Source: a virus. From it: 64,000 nucleotides of DNA. Positions 9,417 through 19,474 of the stretch are shown in pieces. The notes beneath the pieces were generated by a model, which saw only the letters and a program-made list of their open reading frames with translations, made no database searches and had not been told where the DNA came from. Made by a program: the position numbers and the translations under genes. Every line of letters starts with the position of its first letter. Positions within the stretch are counted from its first letter, which is position 1. The stretch is taken from positions 1-64,000 of the IMG/VR virus record IMGVR_UViG_3300033562_000245; one strand, written 5' to 3'.

Positions 9417-11468
9417 ATGATAACTAAAGACGAAACAGCATATAGCGGTAGAAGCGAAATATATATTAGACCTTTGTATTATAGGACTCTCAATCCTGGA
9501 TTTAAAACTTATAAAGATGCTGTAAAACATATATTGACATTTGATAAAGATGAGAAAGCGAAAGACGAACAAGACCCTAAAACATTCTTTGATCGTTTGG
9601 TTGCAACATTTGATGACGCCGATACATCCAAATCTATAGGAGATACTTCATTAACACAATCTAGTTATATGGATACTTCTATAGGTGGTAATGAAGTAAT
9701 GAACCCGTACCCCGCTTTTAATTTTGACGATGATATTATACACGAAATTAATGAAATACCTGCGTTGAACCGTCCGACTCCTATCGATGGATTTAGAGGC
9801 CTAGGGCGGGTATATAAAGAAGTGTATCAAGACCAACAGAAAATACTATGGTTGACATTTGGTGTCCCCCAATTCAACGACCCTATGAAGTATTATTCCA
9901 AAGCCGGAAATTACGAGTTAGCTACAGCTGTGGCCAGTGGCGGAGATGAAGATTTTAATTTATTAAAAACATTAGGCTCTATGGTAACAACAGCAGGGAA
10001 GATAATAATAACTATAGAGTTTTTTCCTATAGTAGCGGCGTTGTGGCTTGGTAAAAAAATAAACGACGCTGTTGATTTTGTAAATAATGATTTTATTACG
10101 AAATATTACGATTTTAAACCTGCTACGATTCAATATTACAAGATATGGAACGGCCTACTAGCCGAATTAGCTGTAAGTCAAGGTTTATATTCCGGAGAAA
10201 CATCGGCAGAATTGAATCCTTTATCACTACCAGAAGTACTCAAAGACGGACCTGATATATTTGCGATACTGAACAAAAGAAATAAATTAATGACGGGCAC
10301 CCCAATTCCGTTGGAAAAGAATAGCGGAAGTGTCGTTACATATCCTGACGCACTATCCTCCAATGCTAATTCTGCAGGAGCAGGGAATCTTGTATCTGGG
10401 ACAGTGGTAGTTGAACCCAAACCTGCATCAGCAGAATTGTTAGGTGACGGAGCTGTTGGCACAATGATCACAGAAACAGCCCAAGCGCTTCCGCCTTCCG
10501 CCGGTGCGGCGCCTGAACCTAGTTGTATAGATAATTTTATAAATAATTATTTAAAAGCAGGGGCGTGGAAAGATACCCTAAAACGCTCAGCTCAAGGGGC
10601 TGATCAATTTGTAGGATTTAGGATTGAAAAATCGACAGACTCTTCCGAATCATTGAATAATAATTCAGGACCGTCAGCACTAGCAAGTACATTGAATAAT
10701 GCCGGTAAAACTATGAAAGATTATAAATTTATAGCGCCAGAAACAACAAGTACTATTGGAGCAATACTAGGTGAGATAACTTCAAGTTTATCGAGCCTTG
10801 GGGGGTCTGTTACTGATTCCGCTACAACTATGATTTTCGGCAATGGTTTATTTGACATGCCTGATATTTGGCAAGATAGTTCTTTCACTAAGAACTATAG
10901 TTTTAGTGTAGAATTCAATTCTAGATTGGGCGACCCCATCTCTATATTCCAAAACTATATAGGTATGTTAGGTCTAATATCAGGTTCGATGCCAAGAGCT
11001 ATCGGTACAAATATGTACACGTCTCCTTTTATATGTCAAGCTTATTGTCAAGGTATGTTCGCTATTCCTCTTGGGATGATTGACAGTTTAACTATACGAA
11101 GAGGTAGCGCCGATTATGGCTGGAACGTAATGAGTTTACCTAATACTATAAACGTATCTTTTACTATTAAAGATCTCTCCCCTATGATGTTTCTGGCGAT
11201 AGCAGGGGAAGGAACTGCTATGGACGCATTGAAAGAAGTATTTACTAATAATTCTGTCATGCATGAGTATATGGCAACCTTATCAGGTATGGGTCTTTCT
11301 GACAGAAAAAGATTCGGTAAACGATTAAAAAGAAGATGGGACACATTTATGTCTATCTCCAGATCGACTACATTTAACCCTACGTATTGGGCGATGGGAG
11401 TTGGTAACTGGCGAGGAGTCAGAACTTTAGGTACGATACTAGGAGCCCCGATGTGGCCAAAGAATTAA
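9417..11468 (+). CDS. virion tail/baseplate protein (phiKZ gp182-like)
   Basis: 683 aa; DTSIGGNEVMNPYPAF, GLGRVYKEVY, FDMPDIWQDSSF and YTSPFICQAYCQG motifs; directly follows the tape measure gene. Confidence 0.8.
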   Translation: MITKDETAYSGRSEIYIRPLYYRTLNPGFKTYKDAVKHILTFDKDEKAKDEQDPKTFFDRLVATFDDADTSKSIGDTSLTQSSYMDTSIGGNEVMNPYPAFNFDDDIIHEINEIPALNRPTPIDGFRGLGRVYKEVYQDQQKILWLTFGVPQFNDPMKYYSKAGNYELATAVASGGDEDFNLLKTLGSMVTTAGKIIITIEFFPIVAALWLGKKINDAVDFVNNDFITKYYDFKPATIQYYKIWNGLLAELAVSQGLYSGETSAELNPLSLPEVLKDGPDIFAILNKRNKLMTGTPIPLEKNSGSVVTYPDALSSNANSAGAGNLVSGTVVVEPKPASAELLGDGAVGTMITETAQALPPSAGAAPEPSCIDNFINNYLKAGAWKDTLKRSAQGADQFVGFRIEKSTDSSESLNNNSGPSALASTLNNAGKTMKDYKFIAPETTSTIGAILGEITSSLSSLGGSVTDSATTMIFGNGLFDMPDIWQDSSFTKNYSFSVEFNSRLGDPISIFQNYIGMLGLISGSMPRAIGTNMYTSPFICQAYCQGMFAIPLGMIDSLTIRRGSADYGWNVMSLPNTINVSFTIKDLSPMMFLAIAGEGTAMDALKEVFTNNSVMHEYMATLSGMGLSDRKRFGKRLKRRWDTFMSISRSTTFNPTYWAMGVGNWRGVRTLGTILGAPMWPKN

Positions 11469-11577
11469 AAGTTTAATTATTAATAATATTATTTAGATTG
11501 TTGATAATTCTCTGATGAAGTCAGATGACTGTTATTTATCGACGATAAATAATAATAACTTAATTGGTGGGTCGAAG

Positions 11578-12222
11578 ATGCACACTATAAAAGATGTAGG
11601 TATAATTAAGGTAGACTGTTATAATAATATCTATAGATGGATTCCTTCCGATAGAAGATTAATATCTGATTTTCTACCTGAAGGTCCAGGCTGGGCTCCT
11701 GAACATTATATTACTTTTATTAGAGTAGTTGAAGATTATTGTTACATTAAACCTTCTGGGGTAATTCATCTTGACGGTTGGAACGATAACAATGATCCTT
11801 ATAACTTAGCAATAAGAGAAACGATAGACCCTAAAAAGATGTTTGTAAAAAATCCCGATAACGTATTCAAATACGAATTTGTTTATAATGGGTTTTTTCA
11901 AGAAAGCATATCAAGAGTAATATCGATACCAAGATGTCAGGTATGCGGTATACCTATAGCAGAATATTTAGGTTTCGATGTGACCTCAGAGTCTGATGTG
12001 TATAATGACGTGTGCCCTAACTGTAACAATGAAACATTAGGGATGATAGATTGTATACTACCTAAAGTAACAAACCACGTTAGAGAGGTTTCTGATAATT
12101 TAGCTATAGACTATAACAGAGGGTTATCAGTAGAACATCTATTTCAAAAATATAAACACATACCTGATCTAAAGAAAGTCATATCAAGTTCTATTAATAC
12201 CGTTAAAAGAAGTATTATATAG
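11578..12222 (+). CDS. hypothetical protein with CxxC...CPxC zinc-finger
   Basis: RCQVCG and VCPNCN; the ATG at 11578 follows GGTGGG (the ORF track starts at 11515). Confidence 0.6.
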   Translation: MHTIKDVGIIKVDCYNNIYRWIPSDRRLISDFLPEGPGWAPEHYITFIRVVEDYCYIKPSGVIHLDGWNDNNDPYNLAIRETIDPKKMFVKNPDNVFKYEFVYNGFFQESISRVISIPRCQVCGIPIAEYLGFDVTSESDVYNDVCPNCNNETLGMIDCILPKVTNHVREVSDNLAIDYNRGLSVEHLFQKYKHIPDLKKVISSSINTVKRSII

Positions 12223-12234
12223 AAAATATTTCAA

Positions 12235-12381
12235 GTCTACCGTGCGTAATAGGTAGATGCTTTGGTAACATGAGTTACCCTATCGGAACATCCTTCCTTG
12301 GTTCTAAATCAAAGCGCAAACAACTCATGTTACCCAGGGAGGAGGGTTAACCCTCCTCCCTACCTTAACATTTTTATTTTT
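12235..12381 (+). promoter_or_regulatory. structured intergenic element ending in GC hairpin plus T-tract
   Basis: TCTACC/GGTAGA stem; 13-bp GGTAACATGAGTT/AACTCATGTTACC pairing; 24-nt palindrome 12337-12360; T-rich tail. Confidence 0.55.
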
Positions 12382-12411
12382 AATTACCCAATTTTACATG
12401 GAGAATCGTTC

Positions 12412-15375
12412 ATGATACTAATGAAAAATTTCCTATTTAACTATAGTGTTAGACGGCAGCAGGATCTAGTCCATACTCTACAGTTAGATAATTTAACAGG
12501 AATGCCAAACAACGTAGTTGTTCATTGTTTGGATTCTATTAATTCTATAGTTCCGGCATACACTCCAAAGAATAACCCATTATTATTGTTAGGTAATAAT
12601 ATTAAATATATACAGCATATAAGTTCATACACAGAACAGAATACCGACGTAGTTCGGCTACCTGACAAAGGTGTTAGATTGCCGTCGGTGTCGATGGCTA
12701 GGTATATTTCAGAATTCAATCATGAATTTGGAAAACAAATAAAAAACCTGGCTCAAGGAGCCCGGACACCAAATTTATCTAACAGTGTTTTATATCTTTC
12801 TTATAACCCGATGTTCAGAGCTGTTTGTAATGGGCTACTAAAGAATGTTAGAAAATTTAATTATGTAATGAGTGGTGTTGTCAATCGTATTTCTTCTATG
12901 CCGACTAATCATCATCTTATATATTTTCCTATGCCTAGTGATATGGCTATTCACTTTAAGATGAACGATTTTGTTAATGCGTTTAAACAATTAAATAACA
13001 GTACGATTAGATATCCTAATTTTGAACACTATTTAATGTTTCTGAATCTATTAGCTTTTGTGAATCACGATAGTAATATTTCTATTTTAGATCATCTTCC
13101 TAAGTCTATGTTAGACAAAATAAACATCATGTTTGTTAATAATGATAACTTTGTTCTTTATAACTTAGAACAGCTTAAGAGGCTAAATGGTGATAGTTCT
13201 ATAGAAGAAGAAAAAGATGAACACGGTAACACCTCCGGTAATAGAATTCTGTATAAGTTGGTTACACAATTTAATATTATTAGCTCTGAGCGTAACATAG
13301 ATCAAGATAAAATTATTCATTCTAGCGTTATAGATATCCCTGATGAAAACGATCCTACAGTAATGAATATCCCTTCTGTTCTTGGAACTATAAGTAATAA
13401 GATTTCAGATAATTATAAAGAACAGCACGGAGAGCTTACTAGAGGTATCGTTAATAACATCGATAATAAAGCTAAAGAATTCATATCTAATAACGACGAT
13501 CTTACCGAACGTCAAAAAACTAAAGCTTTGTCTAACGCTCTTAAATATAAAGAACTTACGATTGGGAATAAATCATTTGATGATGTTTTAACTAAATCTA
13601 ATGATAATAGTTTACGTGGGGTATATTTAAAGCATCTTGATAATAAAGTATCAGATAAGTCTATGCTAGAATCGAGTATAATTCACTTTGATGATAGTTA
13701 TATGAAAAATACTTTCCATCAAGAGTTAGCAGGTATCTTATCTTCTTTTAATGGACTGGGTATGTTTCTTACAGACTTTAAAGAAGAAGATATTTCTGAC
13801 GAATTAAATCAATTAATGCATTATACTGCAAAGTATACCGATTCTACAGGTAAGGCTCATGCTCAAATAGTTTTTACTTTACCTAAAGTAAATGAAGAAG
13901 GTAATTGCTTTATTAATGGTGTTAATAGGTTTATGAAGAAACAAAGAGTTAACATGCCTATATGTAAAGTAAGTCCTAATAGGATAACATTGACCTCTTC
14001 TTATAACAAAAGTTTAATGGAACGTGTTGCTATTAGGAATGATTTTTATACTTATTTTACTTCGATGCTAGTTCACGGCAGTGCTAAAGTAATTCTAGGC
14101 AAAGCTGAGGTAGAAGGGTTAAAACTTCCATACGAATATAGTTTATTGTGTAAAAAGATTATATCTTTTAAATTAAACAATAACTTTTTGATCTTTGATT
14201 ACCCAAACAGATTCAAAGATTTAAAAGATGAAAGAGCAAAAAAGATCACTCAATTGGAGGCTAAGTACGGGGTCTATAGTGGTTATATTGACAACTCAAA
14301 TACAGTCTTTTTTATGACCTATAAGGGTGCGCTCATCGAGTACAATTTACTCAATTCTGAGGTAGAAGTTAAAACAACCTTAATTAGTAAAATCGCTCAT
14401 ATGACAAATACTAACAAAAGATTGAATGAATATGTCTATCTAAAACTAGTAGATAAAAATCTACCTGTAGGTTTTGTTTTAAGTTATAAATACGGTTTCA
14501 ATGAAATGCTTAAATATCTAAATGTCGATTATTCTGTGTACGCTAAAAGAGAAAAGTTTAGTGTCGAAGTAGACGATATAGAATTAGAATTTAAGGATTG
14601 TACCGTAGTTATTAAAAGAGTTCCTTTGGTTAATAGTTTTATAATGTCAGGATTAACTCTTTATGAAACAAGTAGATATAAACTAGAAGAAATGGACGAT
14701 CCAGGTGTCTATTACGATATGTTATCTTTTAAGAATATCTCTACTAATTATCTTAAAGGTATAGACAGTTTCTTTGATTTATTTGTTGGTTATATAGAAC
14801 GTAAACTTCTGATTCAAATGGGTATGCCTACGGATGTTAGAGACCTTATTATTAAAGGTGTCTCAATGTTAACAACAACGGATCACAAAGAAGCATCTAG
14901 TTCTCTAAACTTTAAAATAAGAAGTTACGAAAAATTCAACCACATAATTTATAACGAATTGGCCCGAGCTTATGCTACATGGAAGAATAAAGCTGTAGGT
15001 CACAGCTCTTCTTTTACTGTCCATCCTTTTGTTATAAATCAAAGAATAGTTGAAGACGCTTCGTTCGATAAGTTAGATGTTATTAATCCTATCCATGCTA
15101 TTAAAATGAAAACATCTTACTCTCACTTAGGTGAAGGTGGTAGAACAGCTAGTACGTTTATGATAGCCGATAGAAAATTTACTAAAGATAGCTTAGGTAT
15201 TATATCAGAAGCTACGGTAGATAACTCATCGGTTGCTATTAACGGCCTACTATCTATGAATCCTAGTATAGTTAATACTAGCGGTATAACTATGTCTAAA
15301 GAAGCTAAAGATGTAACAGCAACAGAACTACTTAGTATTACTTCATTGTTATTTCCTGCTGTGACACAAGATGAT
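12412..15375 (+). CDS. rpoB: virion RNA polymerase beta-like subunit, exon 1 (phiKZ gp178-like)
   Basis: FINGVNRFMKKQR, MPICKVSPNRITLTSSYNK, YSHLGEGGRT, GIISEATVD; ends at the RpoB-like TQDD; start moved to 12412 (SD GGAG). Confidence 0.9.
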
Positions 15376-15411
15376 GAAAATAGTTGATTTTGAATTAAGA
15401 TAAAATTCACC

Positions 15412-15441
15412 CTTCTATTATAGATAATTTTATAATAGGAG
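15412..15441 (+). promoter_or_regulatory. hairpin sequestering the RBS of the HNH gene
   Basis: CTTCTATTATA pairs with TATAATAGGAG, which contains the SD AGGAG. Confidence 0.65.
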
Positions 15442-15446
15442 ATTTT

Positions 15447-16442
15447 ATGTTTGAAAAAATTTGTATTGAAAACGATACTTGCGATTATTATGATATCCCT
15501 GATTTTAGTAGATACGCAATATCCGTAGACGGTGTTGTTATTGATAAAATAACTTCTATGGTTATACCTGTGTACACAAATCCAGACGGTTATTGTTTGT
15601 ATAGTTTAAAAAACGATAACGGAAAGGTGTGTTGGAGAAGTCAACACAGGTTAATATGTATTGTATTTAAAAATTCAGGTATTGATTATCCAAAATTACA
15701 AGTTAATCATATCAACGGTATTAAGAACGACAATCAACCAGAAAATTTAGAGTGGGTAACTCCAAAAGAAAATTGTGAACACGCAGGAATGATGGGTCTG
15801 ACAGAAAAATGTCTTCCGATTTCAATGCGAAATGCCGATACTGGGGAGGTAATAAAATTTCCTAGTATTGTAGAATGCGCCAGATATTTAGGTGTGTCGA
15901 AAGACGCTATAAATTATCGTGTTCATATAGGAGAGACTCGAGTATTTCCTGAAAGAAACCAATATAGATTTGGTCATTCTGACCATCCTTGGTTTATCCC
16001 TGATAACATCGACATTAGTTTGATGAGTAACGGCACTACTAAAAAAATTCTTATGAGATATGTATCAAACAATACAGTCTTAGAATTTAATAAATTGACT
16101 GATTTAGCAACCCATTTAAATGTTTCACCGTCTCTTATAACGAGATGGATAAATTTACCTAATCAGCCTTTATTGCCGGGATGGATTCAATTAAAAATGG
16201 CGAATGATCTATCTCCATGGAGATTAATCGGGGATGTCTATTTGGAATTAAGTGATTTTAATAGATTGTCAAGACCGGTACAAGTTATAAACAAACAAAC
16301 AGGTGAAAAGAAAATGTACTTATCCGCATTAGAATGCTCCAAAGATATGGGATTGAAACCTACAGCTTTAAATTATAGATTAAAATCTAAAGGTCAAACC
16401 GTATTTTCTGATGGATTTTCTTACGGATATTACCCGTATTAA
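15447..16442 (+). CDS. intron-encoded HNH homing endonuclease (NUMOD4-like + HNH + DNA-binding repeats)
   Basis: YYDIPDFSRYAISVDG; QHRL...VNHINGIKNDNQPENLEWVTPKEN; C-terminal repeated helix-turn-helix-like modules. Confidence 0.92.
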   Translation: MFEKICIENDTCDYYDIPDFSRYAISVDGVVIDKITSMVIPVYTNPDGYCLYSLKNDNGKVCWRSQHRLICIVFKNSGIDYPKLQVNHINGIKNDNQPENLEWVTPKENCEHAGMMGLTEKCLPISMRNADTGEVIKFPSIVECARYLGVSKDAINYRVHIGETRVFPERNQYRFGHSDHPWFIPDNIDISLMSNGTTKKILMRYVSNNTVLEFNKLTDLATHLNVSPSLITRWINLPNQPLLPGWIQLKMANDLSPWRLIGDVYLELSDFNRLSRPVQVINKQTGEKKMYLSALECSKDMGLKPTALNYRLKSKGQTVFSDGFSYGYYPY

Positions 16443-16451
16443 TTCGAAATA

Positions 16452-16827
16452 AATTATGCCGTCCTACCCACCGGTAACGGTCGGATAGAATTCCCTTGAA
16501 TTGCTAGAACCCCCTAAGAGCCTAACGACTACAATAGATCAGTAACGAATCTATGACAGTGATGAAAATCAGAAAAAACAGTTAGGATGATATATGCCGA
16601 GAGGCTACGTATTGTTTGCAATGGGCAACTGAGCAGCGAAGCTTCCTATTAGGAAGAACGTTCAACGATCAATCGTTTATCACGATGTACTCTCAAGTGA
16701 GAGGAAGCGGGGGAATCCTTTTTTATAAAGGATAAGACATGATCTGGCCTTCTAGTGAAAACTAGAGCAGTGTATTACAGTCGGTAATACGCGGGATTCG
16801 ATTAACGACCGAATTCGAACATTCGCA
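16452..16827 (+). ncRNA. group I ribozyme core
   Basis: P2 ACCG-GTAA-CGGT; TTGAATTGCTAGAA (P); GGCAACTGAGCAGCGAAG (Q); GTTCAACGATCA (R); AAGACATGATCTGG (S); P7 GATCA/TGATC; P7.1, P7.2, P8 and P9 hairpins. Confidence 0.88.
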
Positions 16828-17970
16828 GGAAAAAGAACCAACTTTACGTCAATACAGAGTTCACAGTTTGTTCCTGTAGAGGGTGCTGCCCCAATGAGGG
16901 TAAGAACAGGGTATGAATCTATTATTAGTCATTTATGCGGTAAACCGTTCGCTTCGGTTGCTAAAGAAAATGGTAAAGTAATAGAAATAAACGAAGAAGT
17001 TAAAATGGTTAAGATCGAATATAAAGACGGAAGTACAGAAGTAATGAGTTACGCTAAAGAATATAGTAATAACTCAGGTGCTGGTTTCTATGTCCCTCAG
17101 AATCTAAACTTAAATGACTTCAAAGTAGGTGACAAAGTATTTAAAGGCGATGTTGTTGTTTATAATAAGGACTACTTTCACGCTAATAAGTATGACAAAC
17201 AAGTTGATCTTAAATTAGGAGTTCCTTCGGTAGTTGCTTTTATAGAATCTGACGGTAACCACCAAGACTCCTCAGTTATAGGTCGAGAGTTAGCTAGAAA
17301 GTTACGTATGCCTGTGGCTCAACAGGTCACTGTTAACATATCAAGTAAAACAAATATATACAGTTGTGTTTCTATCGGAGATAAAGTCGAATCTACAGAT
17401 GTACTTTTAACCTTCGATGAAAATCCTTTGACAGACGAAGAAGAAGAAAAATACGATGATAGTTTAATAGATGTTCTAAATGCGGTCAATAGGGTAAAAC
17501 CTAAAGCTCATTATACAGGAACTATAGTTGATATATCAGCGTATTATAAATGCTCTTTATCGAACATGAATAAAACAGTTGCTTCTAAAATTAAAGAATG
17601 GTCTAAACTTAAAAATAAGAGATCGAAGTATGGTGAGAACTCCGTGTTATATCCGGAATCTAAATCTCTTGTTAATGATAAAGTTGGTGCTACTATAATG
17701 ACAGAAGAAACAGTTATAATTAGATTTACTATAGAACAAGTATACGATGCCGGCGACGGCGATAAACTATTTGTTGCTTCTCAAAGTAAATCTGTCGTTA
17801 GCGATGTTATGGATAAACCTATGAGAACGGTAGACGGACAAAATATAGATTTAATCCATTCTGCTAAGGGTATAGCCGACCGTATCGTTAACTCACCTTT
17901 CTGTACAGGTGTTGGAAATGTTGTAATGGAGAAACTCGAACAGGATATTATCGATATCTGGAATTCGTAG
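16828..17970 (+). CDS. rpoB: virion RNA polymerase beta-like subunit, exon 2
   Basis: Frame open upstream of ATG 16894: GKRTNFTSIQSSQFVP...MRVRTGYE; DGNHQDS, GDGDKL, SKSVVSDV; spliced product about 1368 aa. Confidence 0.9.
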   Translation, partial: GKRTNFTSIQSSQFVPVEGAAPMRVRTGYESIISHLCGKPFASVAKENGKVIEINEEVKMVKIEYKDGSTEVMSYAKEYSNNSGAGFYVPQNLNLNDFKVGDKVFKGDVVVYNKDYFHANKYDKQVDLKLGVPSVVAFIESDGNHQDSSVIGRELARKLRMPVAQQVTVNISSKTNIYSCVSIGDKVESTDVLLTFDENPLTDEEEEKYDDSLIDVLNAVNRVKPKAHYTGTIVDISAYYKCSLSNMNKTVASKIKEWSKLKNKRSKYGENSVLYPESKSLVNDKVGATIMTEETVIIRFTIEQVYDAGDGDKLFVASQSKSVVSDVMDKPMRTVDGQNIDLIHSAKGIADRIVNSPFCTGVGNVVMEKLEQDIIDIWNS

Positions 17971-18109
17971 TAAGTCGTATTGCTATATACCCTTCTCCGG
18001 TATATATTTCTCTAATTGGTATGATTTACCATGGAATATTGCTTTCTAATAGTCATAGTGTTGATTATGGTTTTTTTATCATTTAAGATTCTTAACTCTT
18101 AACTATACA

Positions 18110-18150
18110 ACAGAGACCGGGGCTACCCGGTCTCTGTGTATTTTTAAGTT
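18110..18150 (+). terminator. terminator after RNAP beta gene
   Basis: 12-bp stem ACAGAGACCGGG/CCCGGTCTCTGT followed by GTATTTTT. Confidence 0.75.
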
Positions 18151-18195
18151 TCTTATATATAAATTGTATATAAACTTTCATATCGCCAGTAAGTA

Positions 18196-18203
18196 TATAT
18201 TAC
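18196..18203 (+). promoter_or_regulatory. putative early promoter (TATATTAC)
   Basis: Exact match to the phiKZ early promoter consensus, at the start of an accessory cluster. Confidence 0.65.
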
Positions 18204-18258
18204 TAATATAAGAAGTATCACAATTAAATATATTTAATTATTTACTAGGAGGATTTAT

Positions 18259-18663
18259 ATGCCAAAGTACGGAGAGTCTCAAAAGATATTGTTTTTCAAA
18301 ATGCAACAACCTTTAGATATTACGGAAGCGCAGCGCAGATCGGGATTTCCTGTTGGATGCATATTGTCTGATGTATACAGCATAGATACGTATAGTGATT
18401 TCCACTACGAATTAAATCATTCGAGTATAAATTTCTTTTGGATGTCAAATGATTATGTTAGAAAGATAGTACCCGAATACTATTCATCAAAAGATTACGG
18501 TTTAGGCACAACAGAACGAGCCATTGCTCTGGATTATGGGGGACGATCTGAACTCTATAGAAAATTGGATGAACAATTATTTGAGGATAGAAGAGAGAAG
18601 TATTCTGCCGAAATAAAAAGAATAAAGGAACTGATCTCAAAAAGCGATTATATAATCATGTGA
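18259..18663 (+). CDS. hypothetical protein
   Basis: 134 aa, RBS AGGAGG, downstream of early promoter. Confidence 0.75.
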   Translation: MPKYGESQKILFFKMQQPLDITEAQRRSGFPVGCILSDVYSIDTYSDFHYELNHSSINFFWMSNDYVRKIVPEYYSSKDYGLGTTERAIALDYGGRSELYRKLDEQLFEDRREKYSAEIKRIKELISKSDYIIM

Positions 18664-18666
18664 AAG

Positions 18667-18714
18667 TACCGTGGTTAATTTCTCATTCTAAAGAATTAAC
18701 CACGGTAGCTTTTG
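18667..18714 (+). terminator. intergenic hairpin
   Basis: 14-bp stem TACCGTGGTTAATT/AATTAACCACGGTA followed by GCTTTT. Confidence 0.55.
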
Positions 18715-18732
18715 TAACATTAAGGAAACACT

Positions 18733-19281
18733 ATGACTAATATTAAAACACCCGACTTAATACAATTGGCCACTATTAGACAAAATTGGAAACAAACGGA
18801 CGGTGTCGATGCTTTGTTAGATTTCGAATACATGGGCGCTGCTCAATTTGAGTTTGGTGCTCTACCTAAAACCTTAGATCGTTTGATCTCTATCTTTACT
18901 GATTTAAAAGTAACGATGAACAAAGATATCGTAAGGCACGATGGAAAACGACTGTGTGTAATTTCTACAAAAGAGGTTTACGATGAGTATATATTTTATA
19001 TTCGCGGATTAGCTTCTCCGCCGAAAGATGATAAAAGATACTCAATGTCAGTCCCTGTGAAAGATCCAAAAGAAGGATGCAGAACAACAAGGCAACTACA
19101 TGAACCGTCTCATTTCTATCGATGTTATACGGAGCCAAAAACAAAAGAAAATCGATACCGGTATTATGATGTGTGGTGGGATGTTGAGAATGACGTTATA
19201 TGGACGTTCGGAAAGGAAAATGCTAATAATATTTTAAAAGCAATAGGCAATGTAAGGACTAAGAGAAGTTTAACTTCTTAA
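18733..19281 (+). CDS. hypothetical phage protein
   Basis: 182 aa, RBS AAGGA; FEYMGAAQFEFGALPK and DVWWDVENDVIWTF segments. Confidence 0.75.
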   Translation: MTNIKTPDLIQLATIRQNWKQTDGVDALLDFEYMGAAQFEFGALPKTLDRLISIFTDLKVTMNKDIVRHDGKRLCVISTKEVYDEYIFYIRGLASPPKDDKRYSMSVPVKDPKEGCRTTRQLHEPSHFYRCYTEPKTKENRYRYYDVWWDVENDVIWTFGKENANNILKAIGNVRTKRSLTS

Positions 19282-19320
19282 CTATCAACAATTTCGACCG
19301 AAGATTACCGTAGGTAATTT

Positions 19321-19340
19321 AGGTCTATATTACTATAATG
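19321..19340 (+). promoter_or_regulatory. putative early promoter
   Basis: AGGTCTATATTACTATAATG; near-identical copy at 41644. Confidence 0.7.
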
Positions 19341-19474
19341 AGAGAAACTAACCTTTCTCTGTCTGCGTATCTCCGCACAAAGGGTTGAATAGGACGAGCT
19401 GGTTTTTAATTAAACCGGTTCGTCCGACTCTTCTCTAATGACTATTTATTTTTAATGATAAAAAGGAGTATCCT

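Larger units (their letters stand above)
15376..16827 (+). mobile_element. group I intron (IA-like) with homing endonuclease ORF
   Basis: Interrupts QDD|GKRTNFTSIQ; P/Q/R/S core elements at 16490-16747; ends ambiguous by 1 nt (15376-16827 or 15377-16828). Confidence 0.9.

Noticed and set aside
12298-12411. TTG-start extension of the RNAP beta ORF in the track
   Set aside because: It runs through the palindrome and T-tract with no SD; ATG 12412 has an SD
15376-15387. Beta gene as two independent proteins (1029 aa and 358 aa)
   Set aside because: The break falls inside a conserved RpoB motif, and a full group I core lies between the parts
16780-16825. tRNA-like look of GGGATTCGATT...CGAATTCG
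   Set aside because: No cloverleaf; these are the P9 hairpins of the intron
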